NCBI GenBank assembly: GCA_964016885.1
Contig: OZ024742.1
Location: 168,764,001 to 168,828,000, forward strand
Origin: Eledone cirrhosa
Taxonomy: Eukaryota
DNA: 64,000 nucleotides
Direction of reading: 5' to 3'
In this document: positions 38,201-52,710 of the stretch, piece by piece
How the letters are laid out: every line of letters starts with the position of its first letter
Numbering within the stretch: the stretch's first letter is position 1
Translations under genes and position numbers: made by a program
Notes under the pieces: model-generated
What the model was told of the DNA's origin: nothing
Database searches by the model: none
The model's input: only the letters and a program-made list of their open reading frames with translations

Positions 38201-41200
38201 CAAATTATCTCCCCCTGATTTTTTTTTACAAATTATCTCCCCCTGATTTTTTTTTACAAATTATCTCCCCCTGATTTTTTTTTACAAATTATCTCCCCCT
38301 GATTTTTTTTTACAAATTATCTACCCCTGATTTTTTTTTACAAATTATCTCCCCCTGATTTTTTTTACAAATTATCTCTCCCTGATTTTTTTTTACAAAT
38401 TATCTCCCCCTGATTTTTTTTTACAAATTATCTACCCCTGATTTTTTTTTACAAATTATCTCCCCCTGATTTTTTTTACAAATTATCTCCCCCTGATTTT
38501 TTTACAAATTATCTCCCCCCGATTTTTTTTACAAATTATCTCCGCCTAATTTTTTTAAATATTATCTTCCCTTGGCTGGCGGGAAATTATCTCCCCTTGG
38601 ACGGCTGAAAATTATCTCCCCTTGGACGGCTGGAAATTATCTCCCCTTGATTTTTTTACAAATTATCTCCCCCTGATTATTTTTTACAAATTATCTCCCC
38701 CTGATTTTTTTTTACAAATTATCTCCCTCTGATTTTTTTTACAAATTATCTCCCCTTGGCTGGCTGGAAATTATCTCCCCTTGGAGGCTGGAATTTATCT
38801 CCCCTTGGACGGTTAGAAATTACCTCTCCTTGGACTGCTGGAAAATATGTCTCCTTGGACGGCTGGAAATTATCTCCCCTTGGACGGCTGGAAATTATCT
38901 CCCCTTGGACGGCTGGAAATTATCTCTCCTCGGACGACTAGAAATTACCTCTCCTTGGACAGCTGAAAATTATCTCCCCTTGGACGGCTGGAAATTATCT
39001 CCCCTTGATTTTTTTTACAAATTATCTCCCCCTGATTTTTTTTTACAAATTATCTCCCCCTGATTTTTTTTTACAAATTATCTCCCCCTGATTTTTTTTA
39101 CAAATTATCTCCCCCTGATATTTTTTACAAATTATCTCCCCCTGATTTTTTTACAAATTATCTCCCCTTGGCTGGCTGGAAATTATCTCCCCTTGGAGGC
39201 TGGAATTTATCTCCCCTTGGACGGCTAGAAATTACCTCGCCTTGGACGGCTGGAAAATATGTCTCCTTGGACGGCTGGAAATTATCTCCCCTTGGACGGC
39301 TGGAAATTATCTCCCCTTGGACGGCTAGATATTACCTCCCCTTGGACGGCTGGAAATTATCTCCCCTTGATTTTTTTTACAAATTATCTCCCCCTGATTT
39401 TTTTTTACAAATTATCTCCCCCTGATTTTTTTTTACAAATTATCTACCCCTGATTTTTTTTTACAAATTATCTCCCCCTGATTTTTTTTACAAATTATCT
39501 CTCCCTGATTTTTTTTTACAAATTATCTCCCCCTGATTTTTTTTTACAAATTATCTACCCCTGATTTTTTTTTACAAATTATCTCCCCCTGATTTTTTTT
39601 ACAAATTATCTCCCCCTGATTTTTTTTACAAATTATCTCCCCCTGATTTTTTTACAAATTATCTCCCCCCGATTTTTTTTACAAATTATCTCCGCCTAAT
39701 TTTTTTAAATATTATCTTCCCTTGGCTGGCGGGAAATTATCTCCCCTTGGACGGCTGAAAATTATCTCCCCTTGGACGGCTGGAAATTATCTCCCCTTGA
39801 TTTTTTTACAAATTATCTCACCCTGATTATTTTTTACAAATTATCTCCCCCTGATTTTTTTTTACAAATTATCTCCCTCTGATTTTTTTTACAAATTATC
39901 TCCCCTTGGCTGGCTGGAAATTATCTCCCCTTGGAGGCTGGAATTTATCTCCCCTTGGACGGTTAGAAATTACCTCTCCTTGGACTGCTGGAAAATAGGG
40001 TCTCCTTGGACGGCTGGAAATTATCTCCCCTGGGACGGCTGGAAATTATCTCCCCTTGGACGGCTGGAAATTATCTCTCCTCGGACGACTAGAAATTACC
40101 TCTCCTTGGACAGCTGAAAATTATCTCCCCTTGGACGGCTGGAAATTATCTCCCCTTGATTTTTTTTACAAATTATCTCCCCCTGATTTTTTTTTACAAA
40201 TTATCTCCCCTGATTTTTTTTTACAAATTATCTGCCCCTGATTTTTTTTACAAATTATCTCCCCCTGATTTTTTTACAAATTATCTCCCCTTGGCTGGCT
40301 GGAAATTATCTCCCCTTGGAGGCTGGAATTTATCTCCCCTTGGACGGCTGGAAATTATCTCCCCTTGATTTTTTTTACAAATTATCTCCCCCTGATTTTT
40401 TTTTACAAATTATCTCCCCTGATTTTTTTTTACAAATTATCTGCCCCTGATTTTTTTTACAAATTATCTCCCCCTGATTTTTTTACAAATTATCTCCCCT
40501 TGGCTGGCTGGAAATTATCTCCCCTTGGAGGCTGGAATTTATCTCCCCTTGGACGGCTAGAAATTACCTCTCCTTGGACGGCTGGAAAATATTTCTCCTT
40601 GGACGGCTGGAAATTATCTCCCCTTGGACGGCTGGAAATTATCTCCCCTTGGACGGCTGGAAATTATCTCCCCTTGGACGGCTAGATATTACCTCCCCTT
40701 GGACGGCTGGAAATTATCTCCCCTTGATTTTTTTTACAAATTATCTCCCCCTGATTTTTTTTTACAAATTATCTCCCTGATTTTTTTTTACGAATTATCT
40801 CCCCCTGATTTTTTTTTACAAATTATCTCCGCCTGATTTTTTTTTTAAAATTATCTCCCCTTGAACGGCTGGAAATTATCTCCCCTTGGACGGCTGGAAA
40901 TTATCTCCCCTTGGACGGCTAGAAATTACCTCTCCTTGGACGGCTGAAAATTATCTCCCCTTGGACGGCTGCAAATTATCTCCCCTTGATTTTTTAACAA
41001 ATTATCTCCCCCTGATTTTTTTTTACAAATTATCTCCCCCTGATTTTTTTTTACAAATTATCTACGCCTAAGTTTTTTTACAAATTATCTCCCCCTGATT
41101 TTTTTTTACAAATTATCTCCCCCTGATTTTTTTTACAAATTATCTCCCCCTGATTTTTTTTTACAAATTATTTCCCCCTGATTTTTTTACAAATTATCTC

Positions 41201-41829
41201 CCCCCTGATTTTTTTTACAATCTCCGCCTGATTTTTTAAAAAATTATCTTCCCTTGGCTGGCGGGAAATTATCTCCCCTTGGACGGCTGGAAATTATATC
41301 CCCTTGGACGGCTGGAAATTACCTCCCCTTGGACAGCTGGAAATTATCTGCCCTTGATTTTGTTTTTACAAATTATCTCCCCCTGATTTTTTTTACAAAT
41401 TATCTCCACCTGATTTTTTAAAAAATTATCTCCCCTTGGACGGCTGGAAATTATCTCCCCTTGATTTTTTTACAAATTATCTCCCCCTGATTTTTTTTAC
41501 AAATTATCTCCCCCTGATTTTTTTTTTACAAATTATCTCCCCCTGATTTTTTTACAAATTATCTCCCCCTGATTTTTTTTACAAATTATCTCCGCCTGAT
41601 TTTTTTAAATATTATCTTCCCTTGGCTGGCGGGAAATTATCTCCCCTTGGACGGCTGAAAATTATCTCCCCTTGGACGGCTGGAAATTATCTCCCCTTGA
41701 TTTTTTTTACAAATTATCTCCCCCTGATTTTTTTTTACAAATTATCTCCCCTGATTTTTTTTTACAAATTATCTGCCCCTGATTTTTTTTACAAATTATC
41801 TCCCCCTGATTTTTTTACAAATTATCTCC

Positions 41830-44800
41830 CCTTGGCTGGCTGGAAATTATCTCCCCTTGGAGGCTGGAATTTATCTCCCCTTGGACGGCTAGAAATTACC
41901 TCTCCTTGGACGGCTGGAAAATATTTCTCCTTGGACGGCTGGATATTATCTACCCTTGGACGGGTGGAAATTATCTCCCCTTGGACGGCTGGAAATTATC
42001 TCCCCTTGGACGGCTAGATATTACCTCCCCTTGGACGGCTGGAAATTATCTCCCCTTGATTTTTTTTACAAATTATCTCCCCCTGATTTTTTTTTTACAA
42101 ATTATCTCCCCCTGATTTTTTTACAAATTATCTCCCCCTGATTTTTTTTACAAATTATCTCCGCCTGATTTTTTTAAATATTATCTTCCCTTGGCTGGCG
42201 GGAAATTATCTCCCCTTGGACGGCTGAAAATTATCTCCCCTTGGACGGCTGGAAATTATCTCCCCTTGATTTTTTTTACAAATTATCTCCCCCTGATTAT
42301 TTTTTACAAATTATCTTTCCCTGATTTTTTTTTACAAATTATCTCCCCCTGATTTTTTTTACAAATTATCTCCCCCTGATTTTTTTACAAATTATCTCCC
42401 CTTGGCTGGCTGGAAATTATCTCCCCTTGGTGGCTGGAATTTATCTCCCCTTGGACGGCTGGAAATTATCTCTCCTTGGACGGCTAGTAATTACCTCTCC
42501 TTGGACGGCTGGAAAATATGTCTCGTTGGAGGGCTGGAAATTATCTCCCCTTGGACGGCTGGAAATTATCTCCCCTTGGACGGCTGGAAATTATCTCTCC
42601 TTGGACGGCTAGAAATTACCTCTCCTTGGACGGCTGAAAATTATCTCTCCTTGGACGGCTGGAAATTATCTCCCCTTGGACGGCTAGATATTACCTCCCC
42701 TTGGACGGCTGGAAATTATCTCCCCTTGATTTTTTTTACAAATTATCTCCCCCTGATTTTTTTTACAAATTATCTACACCTGATTTTTTTACAAATTATC
42801 TCCCCCTGATTTTTTTTACAAATTATCTCCGCCTAATTTTTTTAAATATTATCTTCCCTTGGCTGGCGGGAAATTATCTCCCCTTGGACGGCTGAAAATT
42901 ATCTCCCCTTGGACGGCTGGAAATTATCTCCCCTTGATTTTTTTTACAAATTATCTCCCCCTGATTTTTTTTTACAAATTATCTCCCCCTGATTTTTTTT
43001 TACAAATTATCTCCCCCTGATTTTTTTTTACAAATTATCTCCCCCTGATTTTTTTTACAAATTATCTCCCCCTGATATTTTTTACAAATTATCTCCCCCT
43101 GATTTTTTTACAAATTATCTCCCCTTGGCTGGCTGGAAATTATCTCCCCTTGGAGGCTGGAATTTATCTCCCCTTGGACGGCTAGAAATTACCTCGCCTT
43201 GGACGGCTGGAAAATATGTCTCCTTGGACGGCTGGAAATTATCTCCCCTTGGACGGCTGGAAATTATCTCCCCTTGGACGGCTGGATATTATCTACCCTT
43301 GGACGGCTAGATATTACCTCCCCTTTGACGGCTGGAAATTATCTCCCCTTGATTTTTTTTACAAATTATCTCCCCCTGATTTTTTTTTACAAATTATCTC
43401 CCCCTGATTTTTTTTTACAAATTATCTACCCCTGATTTTTTTACAAATTATCTCCCCCTGATTTTTTTTACAAATTATCTCCGCCTGATTTTTTTAAATA
43501 TTATCTTCCCTTGGCTGGCGGGAAATTATCTCCCCTTGGACGGCTGAAAATTATCTCCCCTTGGACGGCTGGAAATTATCTCCCCTTGATTTTTTTTACA
43601 AATTATCTCCCCCTGATTATTTTTTACAAATTATCTTTCCCTGATTTTTTTTTACAAATTATCTCCCCCTGATTTTTTTTACAAATTATCTCCCCCTGAT
43701 TTTTTTACAAATTATCTCCCCTTGGCTGGCTGGAAATTATCTCCCCTTGGTGGCTGGAATTTATCTCCCCTTGGACGGCTGGAAATTATCTCTCCTTGGA
43801 CGGCTAGTAATTACCTCTCCTTGGACGGCTGGAAAATATGTCTCGTTGGAGGGCTGGAAATTATCTCCCCTTGGACGGCTGGAAATTATCTCCCCTTGGA
43901 CGGCTGGAAATTATCTCTCCTTGGACGGCTAGAAATTACCTCTCCTTGGACGGCTGAAAACTATCTCTCCTTGGACGGCTGGAAATTATCTCCCCTTGGA
44001 CGGCTAGATATTACCTCCCCTTGGACGGCTGGAAATTATCTCCCCTTGATTTTTTTTACAAATTATCTCCCCCTGATTTTTTTTTACAAATTATCTCCCC
44101 CTGATTTTTTTTTACAAATTATCTACGCCTAAGTTTTTTTACAAATTATCTCCCCCTGATTTTTTTTTACAAATTATCTCCCCCTGATTTTTTTTACAAA
44201 TTATCTCCCCCTGATTTTTTTTTACAAATTATTTCCCCCTGATTTTTTTACAAATTATCTCCCCCCTGATTTTTTTTACAATCTCCGCCTGATTTTTTAA
44301 AAAATTATCTTCCCTTGGCTGGCGGGAAATTATCTCCCCTTGGACGGCTGGAAATTATATCCCCTTGGACGGCTGGAAATTACCTCCCCTTGGACAGCTG
44401 GAAATTATCTGCCCTTGATTTTGTTTTTACAAATTATCTCCCCCTGATTTTTTTTACAAATTATCTCCACCTGATTTTTTAAAAAATTATCTCCCCTTGG
44501 ACGGCTGGAAATTATCTGCCCTTGATTTTTTTACAAATTATCTCCCCCTGATTTTTTTTACAAATTATCTCCCCCTGATTTTTTTTTTACAAATTATCTC
44601 CCCCTGATTTTTTTACAAATTATCTCCCCCTGATTTTTTTTACAAATTATCTCCGCCTGATTTTTTTAAATATTATCTTCCCTTGGCTGGCGGGAAATTA
44701 TCTCCCCTTGGACGGCTGAAAATTATCTCCCCTTGGACGGCTGGAAATTATCTCCCCTTGATTTTTTTTACAAATTATCTCCCCCTGATTTTTTTTTACA

Positions 44801-47800
44801 AATTATCTCCCCCTGATTTTTTTTTACAAATTATCTCCCCCTGATTTTTTTTTACAAATTATCTGCCCCTGATTTTTTTTACAAATTATCTCCCCCTGAT
44901 TTTTTTACAAATTATCTTCCCTTGGCTGGCTGGAAATTATCTCCCCTTGGAGGCTGGAATTTATCTCCCCTTGGACGGCTAGAAATTACCTCTCCTTGGA
45001 CGGCTGGAAAATATTTCTCCTTGGACGGCTGGATATTATCTACCCTTGGACGGGTGGAAATTATCTCCCCTTGGACGGCTGGAAATTATCTCCCCTTGGA
45101 CGGCTAGATATTACCTCCCCTTGGACGGCTGGAAATTATCTCCCCTTGATTTTTTTTACAAATTATCTCCCCCTGATTTTTTTTTTACAAATTATCTCCC
45201 CCTGATTTTTTTACAAATTATCTCCCCCTGATTTTTTTTACAAATTATCTCCGCCTGATTTTTTTAAATATTATCTTCCCTTGGCTGGCGGGAAATTATC
45301 TCCCCTTGGACGGCTGAAAATTATCTCCCCTTGGACGGCTGGAAATTATCTCCCCTTGATTTTTTTTACAAATTATCTCCCCCTGATTATTTTTTACAAA
45401 TTATCTTTCCCTGATTTTTTTTTACAAATTATCTCCCCCTGATTTTTTTTACAAATTATCTCCCCCTGATTTTTTTACAAATTATCTCCCCTTGGCTGGC
45501 TGGAAATTATCTCCCCTTGGTGGCTGGAATTTATCTCCCCTTGGACGGCTGGAAATTATCTCTCCTTGGACGGCTAGTAATTACCTCTCCTTGGACGGCT
45601 GGAAAATATGTCTCGTTGGAGGGCTGGAAATTATCTCCCCTTGGACGGCTGGAAATTATCTCCCCTTGGACGGCTGGAAATTATCTCTCCTTGGACGGCT
45701 AGAAATTACCTCTCCTTGGACGGCTGAAAATTATCTCTCCTTGGACGGCTGGAAATTATCTCCCCTTGGACGGCTAGATATTACCTCCCCTTGGACGGCT
45801 GGAAATTATCTCCCCTTGATTTTTTTTACAAATTATCTCCCCCTGATTTTTTTTACAAATTATCTACACCTGATTTTTTTACAAATTATCTCCCCCTGAT
45901 TTTTTTTACAAATTATCTCCGCCTAATTTTTTTAAATATTATCTTCCCTTGGCTGGCGGGAAATTATCTCCCCTTGGACGGCTGAAAATTATCTCCCCTT
46001 GGACGGCTGGAAATTATCTCCCCTTGATTTTTTTTACAAATTATCTCCCCCTGATTTTTTTTTACAAATTATCTCCCCCTGATTTTTTTTTACAAATTAT
46101 CTCCCCCTGATTTTTTTTTACAAATTATCTCCCCCTGATTTTTTTTACAAATTATCTCCCCCTGATATTTTTTACAAATTATCTCCCCCTGATTTTTTTA
46201 CAAATTATCTCCCCTTGGCTGGCTGGAAATTATCTCCCCTTGGAGGCTGGAATTTATCTCCCCTTGGACGGCTAGAAATTACCTCGCCTTGGACGGCTGG
46301 AAAATATGTCTCCTTGGACGGCTGGAAATTATCTCCCCTTGGACGGCTGGAAATTATCTCCCCTTGGACGGCTGGATATTATCTACCCTTGGACGGCTAG
46401 ATATTACCTCCCCTTTGACGGCTGGAAATTATCTCCCCTTGATTTTTTTTACAAATTATCTCCCCCTGATTTTTTTTTACAAATTATCTCCCCCTGATTT
46501 TTTTTTACAAATTATCTACCCCTGATTTTTTTACAAATTATCTCCCCCTGATTTTTTTTACAAATTATCTCCGCCTGATTTTTTTAAATATTATCTTCCC
46601 TTGGCTGGCGGGAAATTATCTCCCCTTGGACGGCTGAAAATTATCTCCCCTTGGACGGCTGGAAATTATCTCCCCTTGATTTTTTTTACAAATTATCTCC
46701 CCCTGATTATTTTTTACAAATTATCTTTCCCTGATTTTTTTTTACAAATTATCTCCCCCTGATTTTTTTTACAAATTATCTCCCCCTGATTTTTTTACAA
46801 ATTATCTCCCCTTGGCTGGCTGGAAATTATCTCCCCTTGGTGGCTGGAATTTATCTCCCCTTGGACGGCTGGAAATTATCTCTCCTTGGACGGCTAGTAA
46901 TTACCTCTCCTTGGACGGCTGGAAAATATGTCTCGTTGGAGGGCTGGAAATTATCTCCCCTTGGACGGCTGGAAATTATCTCCCCTTGGACGGCTGGAAA
47001 TTATCTCTCCTTGGACGGCTAGAAATTACCTCTCCTTGGACGGCTGAAAACTATCTCTCCTTGGACGGCTGGAAATTATCTCCCCTTGGACGGCTAGATA
47101 TTACCTCCCCTTGGACGGCTGGAAATTATCTCCCCTTGATTTTTTTTACAAATTATCTCCCCCTGATTTTTTTTTACAAATTATCTCCCCCTGATTTTTT
47201 TTTACAAATTATCTACGCCTAAGTTTTTTTACAAATTATCTCCCCCTGATTTTTTTTTACAAATTATCTCCCCCTGATTTTTTTTACAAATTATCTCCCC
47301 CTGATTTTTTTTTACAAATTATTTCCCCCTGATTTTTTTACAAATTATCTCCCCCCTGATTTTTTTTACAATCTCCGCCTGATTTTTTAAAAAATTATCT
47401 TCCCTTGGCTGGCGGGAAATTATCTCCCCTTGGACGGCTGGAAATTATATCCCCTTGGACGGCTGGAAATTACCTCCCCTTGGACAGCTGGAAATTATCT
47501 GCCCTTGATTTTGTTTTTACAAATTATCTCCCCCTGATTTTTTTTACAAATTATCTCCACCTGATTTTTTAAAAAATTATCTCCCCTTGGACGGCTGGAA
47601 ATTATCTGCCCTTGATTTTTTTACAAATTATCTCCCCCTGATTTTTTTTACAAATTATCTCCCCCTGATTTTTTTTTTACAAATTATCTCCCCCTGATTT
47701 TTTTACAAATTATCTCCCCCTGATTTTTTTTACAAATTATCTCCGCCTGATTTTTTTAAATATTATCTTCCCTTGGCTGGCGGGAAATTATCTCCCCTTG

Positions 47801-50800
47801 GACGGCTGAAAATTATCTCCCCTTGGACGGCTGGAAATTATCTCCCCTTGATTTTTTTTACAAATTATCTCCCCCTGATTTTTTTTTACAAATTATCTCC
47901 CCCTGATTTTTTTTTACAAATTATCTCCCCCTGATTTTTTTTTACAAATTATCTGCCCCTGATTTTTTTTACAAATTATCTCCCCCTGATTTTTTTACAA
48001 ATTATCTTCCCTTGGCTGGCTGGAAATTATCTCCCCTTGGAGGCTGGAATTTATCTCCCCTTGGACGGCTAGAAATTACCTCTCCTTGGACGGCTGGAAA
48101 ATATTTCTCCTTGGACGGCTGGATATTATCTACCCTTGGACGGGTGGAAATTATCTCCCCTTGGACGGCTGGAAATTATCTCCCCTTGGACGGCTAGATA
48201 TTACCTCCCCTTGGACGGCTGGAAATTATCTCCCCTTGATTTTTTTTACAAATTATCTCCCCCTGATTTTTTTTTTACAAATTATCTCCCCCTGATTTTT
48301 TTACAAATTATCTCCCCCTGATTTTTTTTACAAATTATCTCCGCCTGATTTTTTTAAATATTATCTTCCCTTGGCTGGCGGGAAATTATCTCCCCTTGGA
48401 CGGCTGAAAATTATCTCCCCTTGGACGGCTGGAAATTATCTCCCCTTGATTTTTTTTACAAATTATCTCCCCCTGATTATTTTTTACAAATTATCTTTCC
48501 CTGATTTTTTTTTACAAATTATCTCCCCCTGATTTTTTTTACAAATTATCTCCCCCTGATTTTTTTACAAATTATCTCCCCTTGGCTGGCTGGAAATTAT
48601 CTCCCCTTGGTGGCTGGAATTTATCTCCCCTTGGACGGCTGGAAATTATCTCTCCTTGGACGGCTAGTAATTACCTCTCCTTGGACGGCTGGAAAATATG
48701 TCTCGTTGGAGGGCTGGAAATTATCTCCCCTTGGACGGCTGGAAATTATCTCCCCTTGGACGGCTGGAAATTATCTCTCCTTGGACGGCTAGAAATTACC
48801 TCTCCTTGGACGGCTGAAAATTATCTCTCCTTGGACGGCTGGAAATTATCTCCCCTTGGACGGCTAGATATTACCTCCCCTTGGACGGCTGGAAATTATC
48901 TCCCCTTGATTTTTTTTACAAATTATCTCCCCCTGATTTTTTTTACAAATTATCTACACCTGATTTTTTTACAAATTATCTCCCCCTGATTTTTTTTACA
49001 AATTATCTCCGCCTAATTTTTTTAAATATTATCTTCCCTTGGCTGGCGGGAAATTATCTCCCCTTGGACGGCTGAAAATTATCTCCCCTTGGACGGCTGG
49101 AAATTATCTCCCCTTGATTTTTTTTACAAATTATCTCCCCCTGATTTTTTTTTACAAATTATCTCCCCCTGATTTTTTTTTACAAATTATCTCCCCCTGA
49201 TTTTTTTTTACAAATTATCTCCCCCTGATTTTTTTTACAAATTATCTCCCCCTGATATTTTTTACAAATTATCTCCCCCTGATTTTTTTACAAATTATCT
49301 CCCCTTGGCTGGCTGGAAATTATCTCCCCTTGGAGGCTGGAATTTATCTCCCCTTGGACGGCTAGAAATTACCTCGCCTTGGACGGCTGGAAAATATGTC
49401 TCCTTGGACGGCTGGAAATTATCTCCCCTTGGACGGCTGGAAATTATCTCCCCTTGGACGGCTGGATATTATCTACCCTTGGACGGCTAGATATTACCTC
49501 CCCTTTGACGGCTGGAAATTATCTCCCCTTGATTTTTTTTACAAATTATCTCCCCCTGATTTTTTTTTACAAATTATCTCCCCCTGATTTTTTTTTACAA
49601 ATTATCTACCCCTGATTTTTTTACAAATTATCTCCCCCTGATTTTTTTTACAAATTATCTCCGCCTGATTTTTTTAAATATTATCTTCCCTTGGCTGGCG
49701 GGAAATTATCTCCCCTTGGACGGCTGAAAATTATCTCCCCTTGGACGGCTGGAAATTATCTCCCCTTGATTTTTTTTACAAATTATCTCCCCCTGATTAT
49801 TTTTTACAAATTATCTTTCCCTGATTTTTTTTTACAAATTATCTCCCCCTGATTTTTTTTACAAATTATCTCCCCCTGATTTTTTTACAAATTATCTCCC
49901 CTTGGCTGGCTGGAAATTATCTCCCCTTGGTGGCTGGAATTTATCTCCCCTTGGACGGCTGGAAATTATCTCTCCTTGGACGGCTAGTAATTACCTCTCC
50001 TTGGACGGCTGGAAAATATGTCTCGTTGGAGGGCTGGAAATTATCTCCCCTTGGACGGCTGGAAATTATCTCCCCTTGGACGGCTGGAAATTATCTCTCC
50101 TTGGACGGCTAGAAATTACCTCTCCTTGGACGGCTGAAAACTATCTCTCCTTGGACGGCTGGAAATTATCTCCCCTTGGACGGCTAGATATTACCTCCCC
50201 TTGGACGGCTGGAAATTATCTCCCCTTGATTTTTTTTACAAATTATCTCCCCCTGATTTTTTTTTACAAATTATCTCCCCCTGATTTTTTTTTACAAATT
50301 ATCTACGCCTAAGTTTTTTTACAAATTATCTCCCCCTGATTTTTTTTTACAAATTATCTCCCCCTGATTTTTTTTACAAATTATCTCCCCCTGATTTTTT
50401 TTTACAAATTATTTCCCCCTGATTTTTTTACAAATTATCTCCCCCCTGATTTTTTTTACAATCTCCGCCTGATTTTTTAAAAAATTATCTTCCCTTGGCT
50501 GGCGGGAAATTATCTCCCCTTGGACGGCTGGAAATTATATCCCCTTGGACGGCTGGAAATTACCTCCCCTTGGACAGCTGGAAATTATCTGCCCTTGATT
50601 TTGTTTTTACAAATTATCTCCCCCTGATTTTTTTTACAAATTATCTCCACCTGATTTTTTAAAAAATTATCTCCCCTTGGACGGCTGGAAATTATCTGCC
50701 CTTGATTTTTTTACAAATTATCTCCCCCTGATTTTTTTTACAAATTATCTCCCCCTGATTTTTTTTTTACAATTTATCTCCCCCTGATTTTTTTACAAAT

Positions 50801-52710
50801 TATCTCCCCCTGATTTTTTTTACAAATTATCTCCGCCTGATTTTTTTAAATATTATCTTCCCTTGGCTGGCGGGAAATTATCTCCCCTTGGACGGCTGAA
50901 AATTATCTCCCCTTGGACGGCTGGAAATTATCTCCCCTTGATTTTTTTTACAAATTATCTCCCCCTGATTTTTTTTTACAAATTATCTCCCCCTGATTTT
51001 TTTTTACAAATTATCTCCCCCTGATTTTTTTTTACAAATTATCTGCCCCTGATTTTTTTTACAAATTATCTCCCCCTGATTTTTTTACAAATTATCTTCC
51101 CTTGGCTGGCTGGAAATTATCTCCCCTTGGAGGCTGGAATTTATCTCCCCTTGGACGGCTAGAAATTACCTCTCCTTGGACGGCTGGAAAATATTTCTCC
51201 TTGGACGGCTGGATATTATCTACCCTTGGGCGGGTGGAAATTATCTCCCCTTGGACGGCTGGAAATTATCTCCCCTTGGACGGCTAGATATTACCTCCCC
51301 TTGGACGGCTGGAAATTATCTCCCCTTGATTTTTTTTACAAATTATCTCCCCCTGATTTTTTTTTTACAAATTATCTCCCCCTGATTTTTTTACAAATTA
51401 TCTCCCCCTGATTTTTTTTACAAATTATCTCCGCCTGATTTTTTTAAATATTATCTTCCCTTGGCTGGCGGGAAATTATCTCCCCTTGGACGGCTGAAAA
51501 TTATCTCCCCTTGGACGGCTGGAAATTATCTCCCCTTGATTTTTTTTACAAATTATCTCCCCCTGATTATTTTTTACAAATTATCTTTCCCTGATTTTTT
51601 TTTACAAATTATCTCCCCCTGATTTTTTTTACAAATTATCTCCCCCTGATTTTTTTACAAATTATCTCCCCTTGGCTGGCTGGAAATTATCTCCCCTTGG
51701 TGGCTGGAATTTATCTCCCCTTGGACGGCTGGAAATTATCTCTCCTTGGACGGCTAGTAATTACCTCTCCTTGGACGGCTGGAAAATATGTCTCGTTGGA
51801 GGGCTGGAAATTATCTCCCCTTGGACGGCTGGAAATTATCTCCCCTTGGACGGCTGGAAATTATCTCTCCTTGGACGGCTAGAAATTACCTCTCCTTGGA
51901 CGGCTGAAAATTATCTCTCCTTGGACGGCTGGAAATTATCTCCCCTTGGACGGCTAGATATTACCTCCCCTTGGACGGCTGGAAATTATCTCCCCTTGAT
52001 TTTTTTTACAAATTATCTCCCCCTGATTTTTTTTACAAATTATCTACACCTGATTTTTTTACAAATTATCTCCCCCTGATTTTTTTTACAAATTATCTCC
52101 GCCTAATTTTTTTAAATATTATCTTCCCTTGGCTGGCGGGAAATTATCTCCCCTTGGACGGCTGAAAATTATCTCCCCTTGGACGGCTGGAAATTATCTC
52201 CCCTTGATTTTTTTTACAAATTATCTCCCCCTGATTTTTTTTTACAAATTATCTCCCCCTGATTTTTTTTTACAAATTATCTCCCCCTGATTTTTTTTTA
52301 CAAATTATCTCCCCCTGATTTTTTTTACAAATTATCTCCCCCTGATATTTTTTACAAATTATCTCCCCCTGATTTTTTTACAAATTATCTCCCCTTGGCT
52401 GGCTGGAAATTATCTCCCCTTGGAGGCTGGAATTTATCTCCCCTTGGACGGCTAGAAATTACCTCGCCTTGGACGGCTGGAAAATATGTCTCCTTGGACG
52501 GCTGGAAATTATCTCCCCTTGGACGGCTGGAAATTATCTCCCCTTGGACGGCTGGATATTATCTACCCTTGGACGGCTAGATATTACCTCCCCTTTGACG
52601 GCTGGAAATTATCTCCCCTTGATTTTTTTTACAAATTATCTCCCCCTGATTTTTTTTTACAAATTATCTCCCCCTGATTTTTTTTTACAAATTATCTACC
52701 CCTGATTTTT
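41830..52710. repeat. 3,090-bp higher-order repeat, ~3.5 near-perfect tandem copies
   Basis: ORF series 41906/44996/48086/51176, 42402/45492/48582/51672, 43125/46215/49305/52395 and 43722/46812/49902 are each spaced exactly 3,090. Private variant GCTGAAAACTATC occurs at ~43,960/47,050/50,140. Confidence 0.96.

Larger units (their letters stand above)
17500..39030. repeat. Large near-tandem duplication, offset 11,394 bp (11,420 after a one-monomer indel): about 17,500-27,620 vs about 28,890-39,030
   Basis: ORF pairs 17967/29361, 19117/30511, 20806/32200, 22017/33411, 23032/34426 and 24931/36325 differ by 11,394; 25412/36832 and 27336/38756 differ by 11,420. Rare variants CTCTCCCGGA (17,595/28,989) and AAACTATC (17,640/29,034) are shared. 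Confidence 0.93.
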
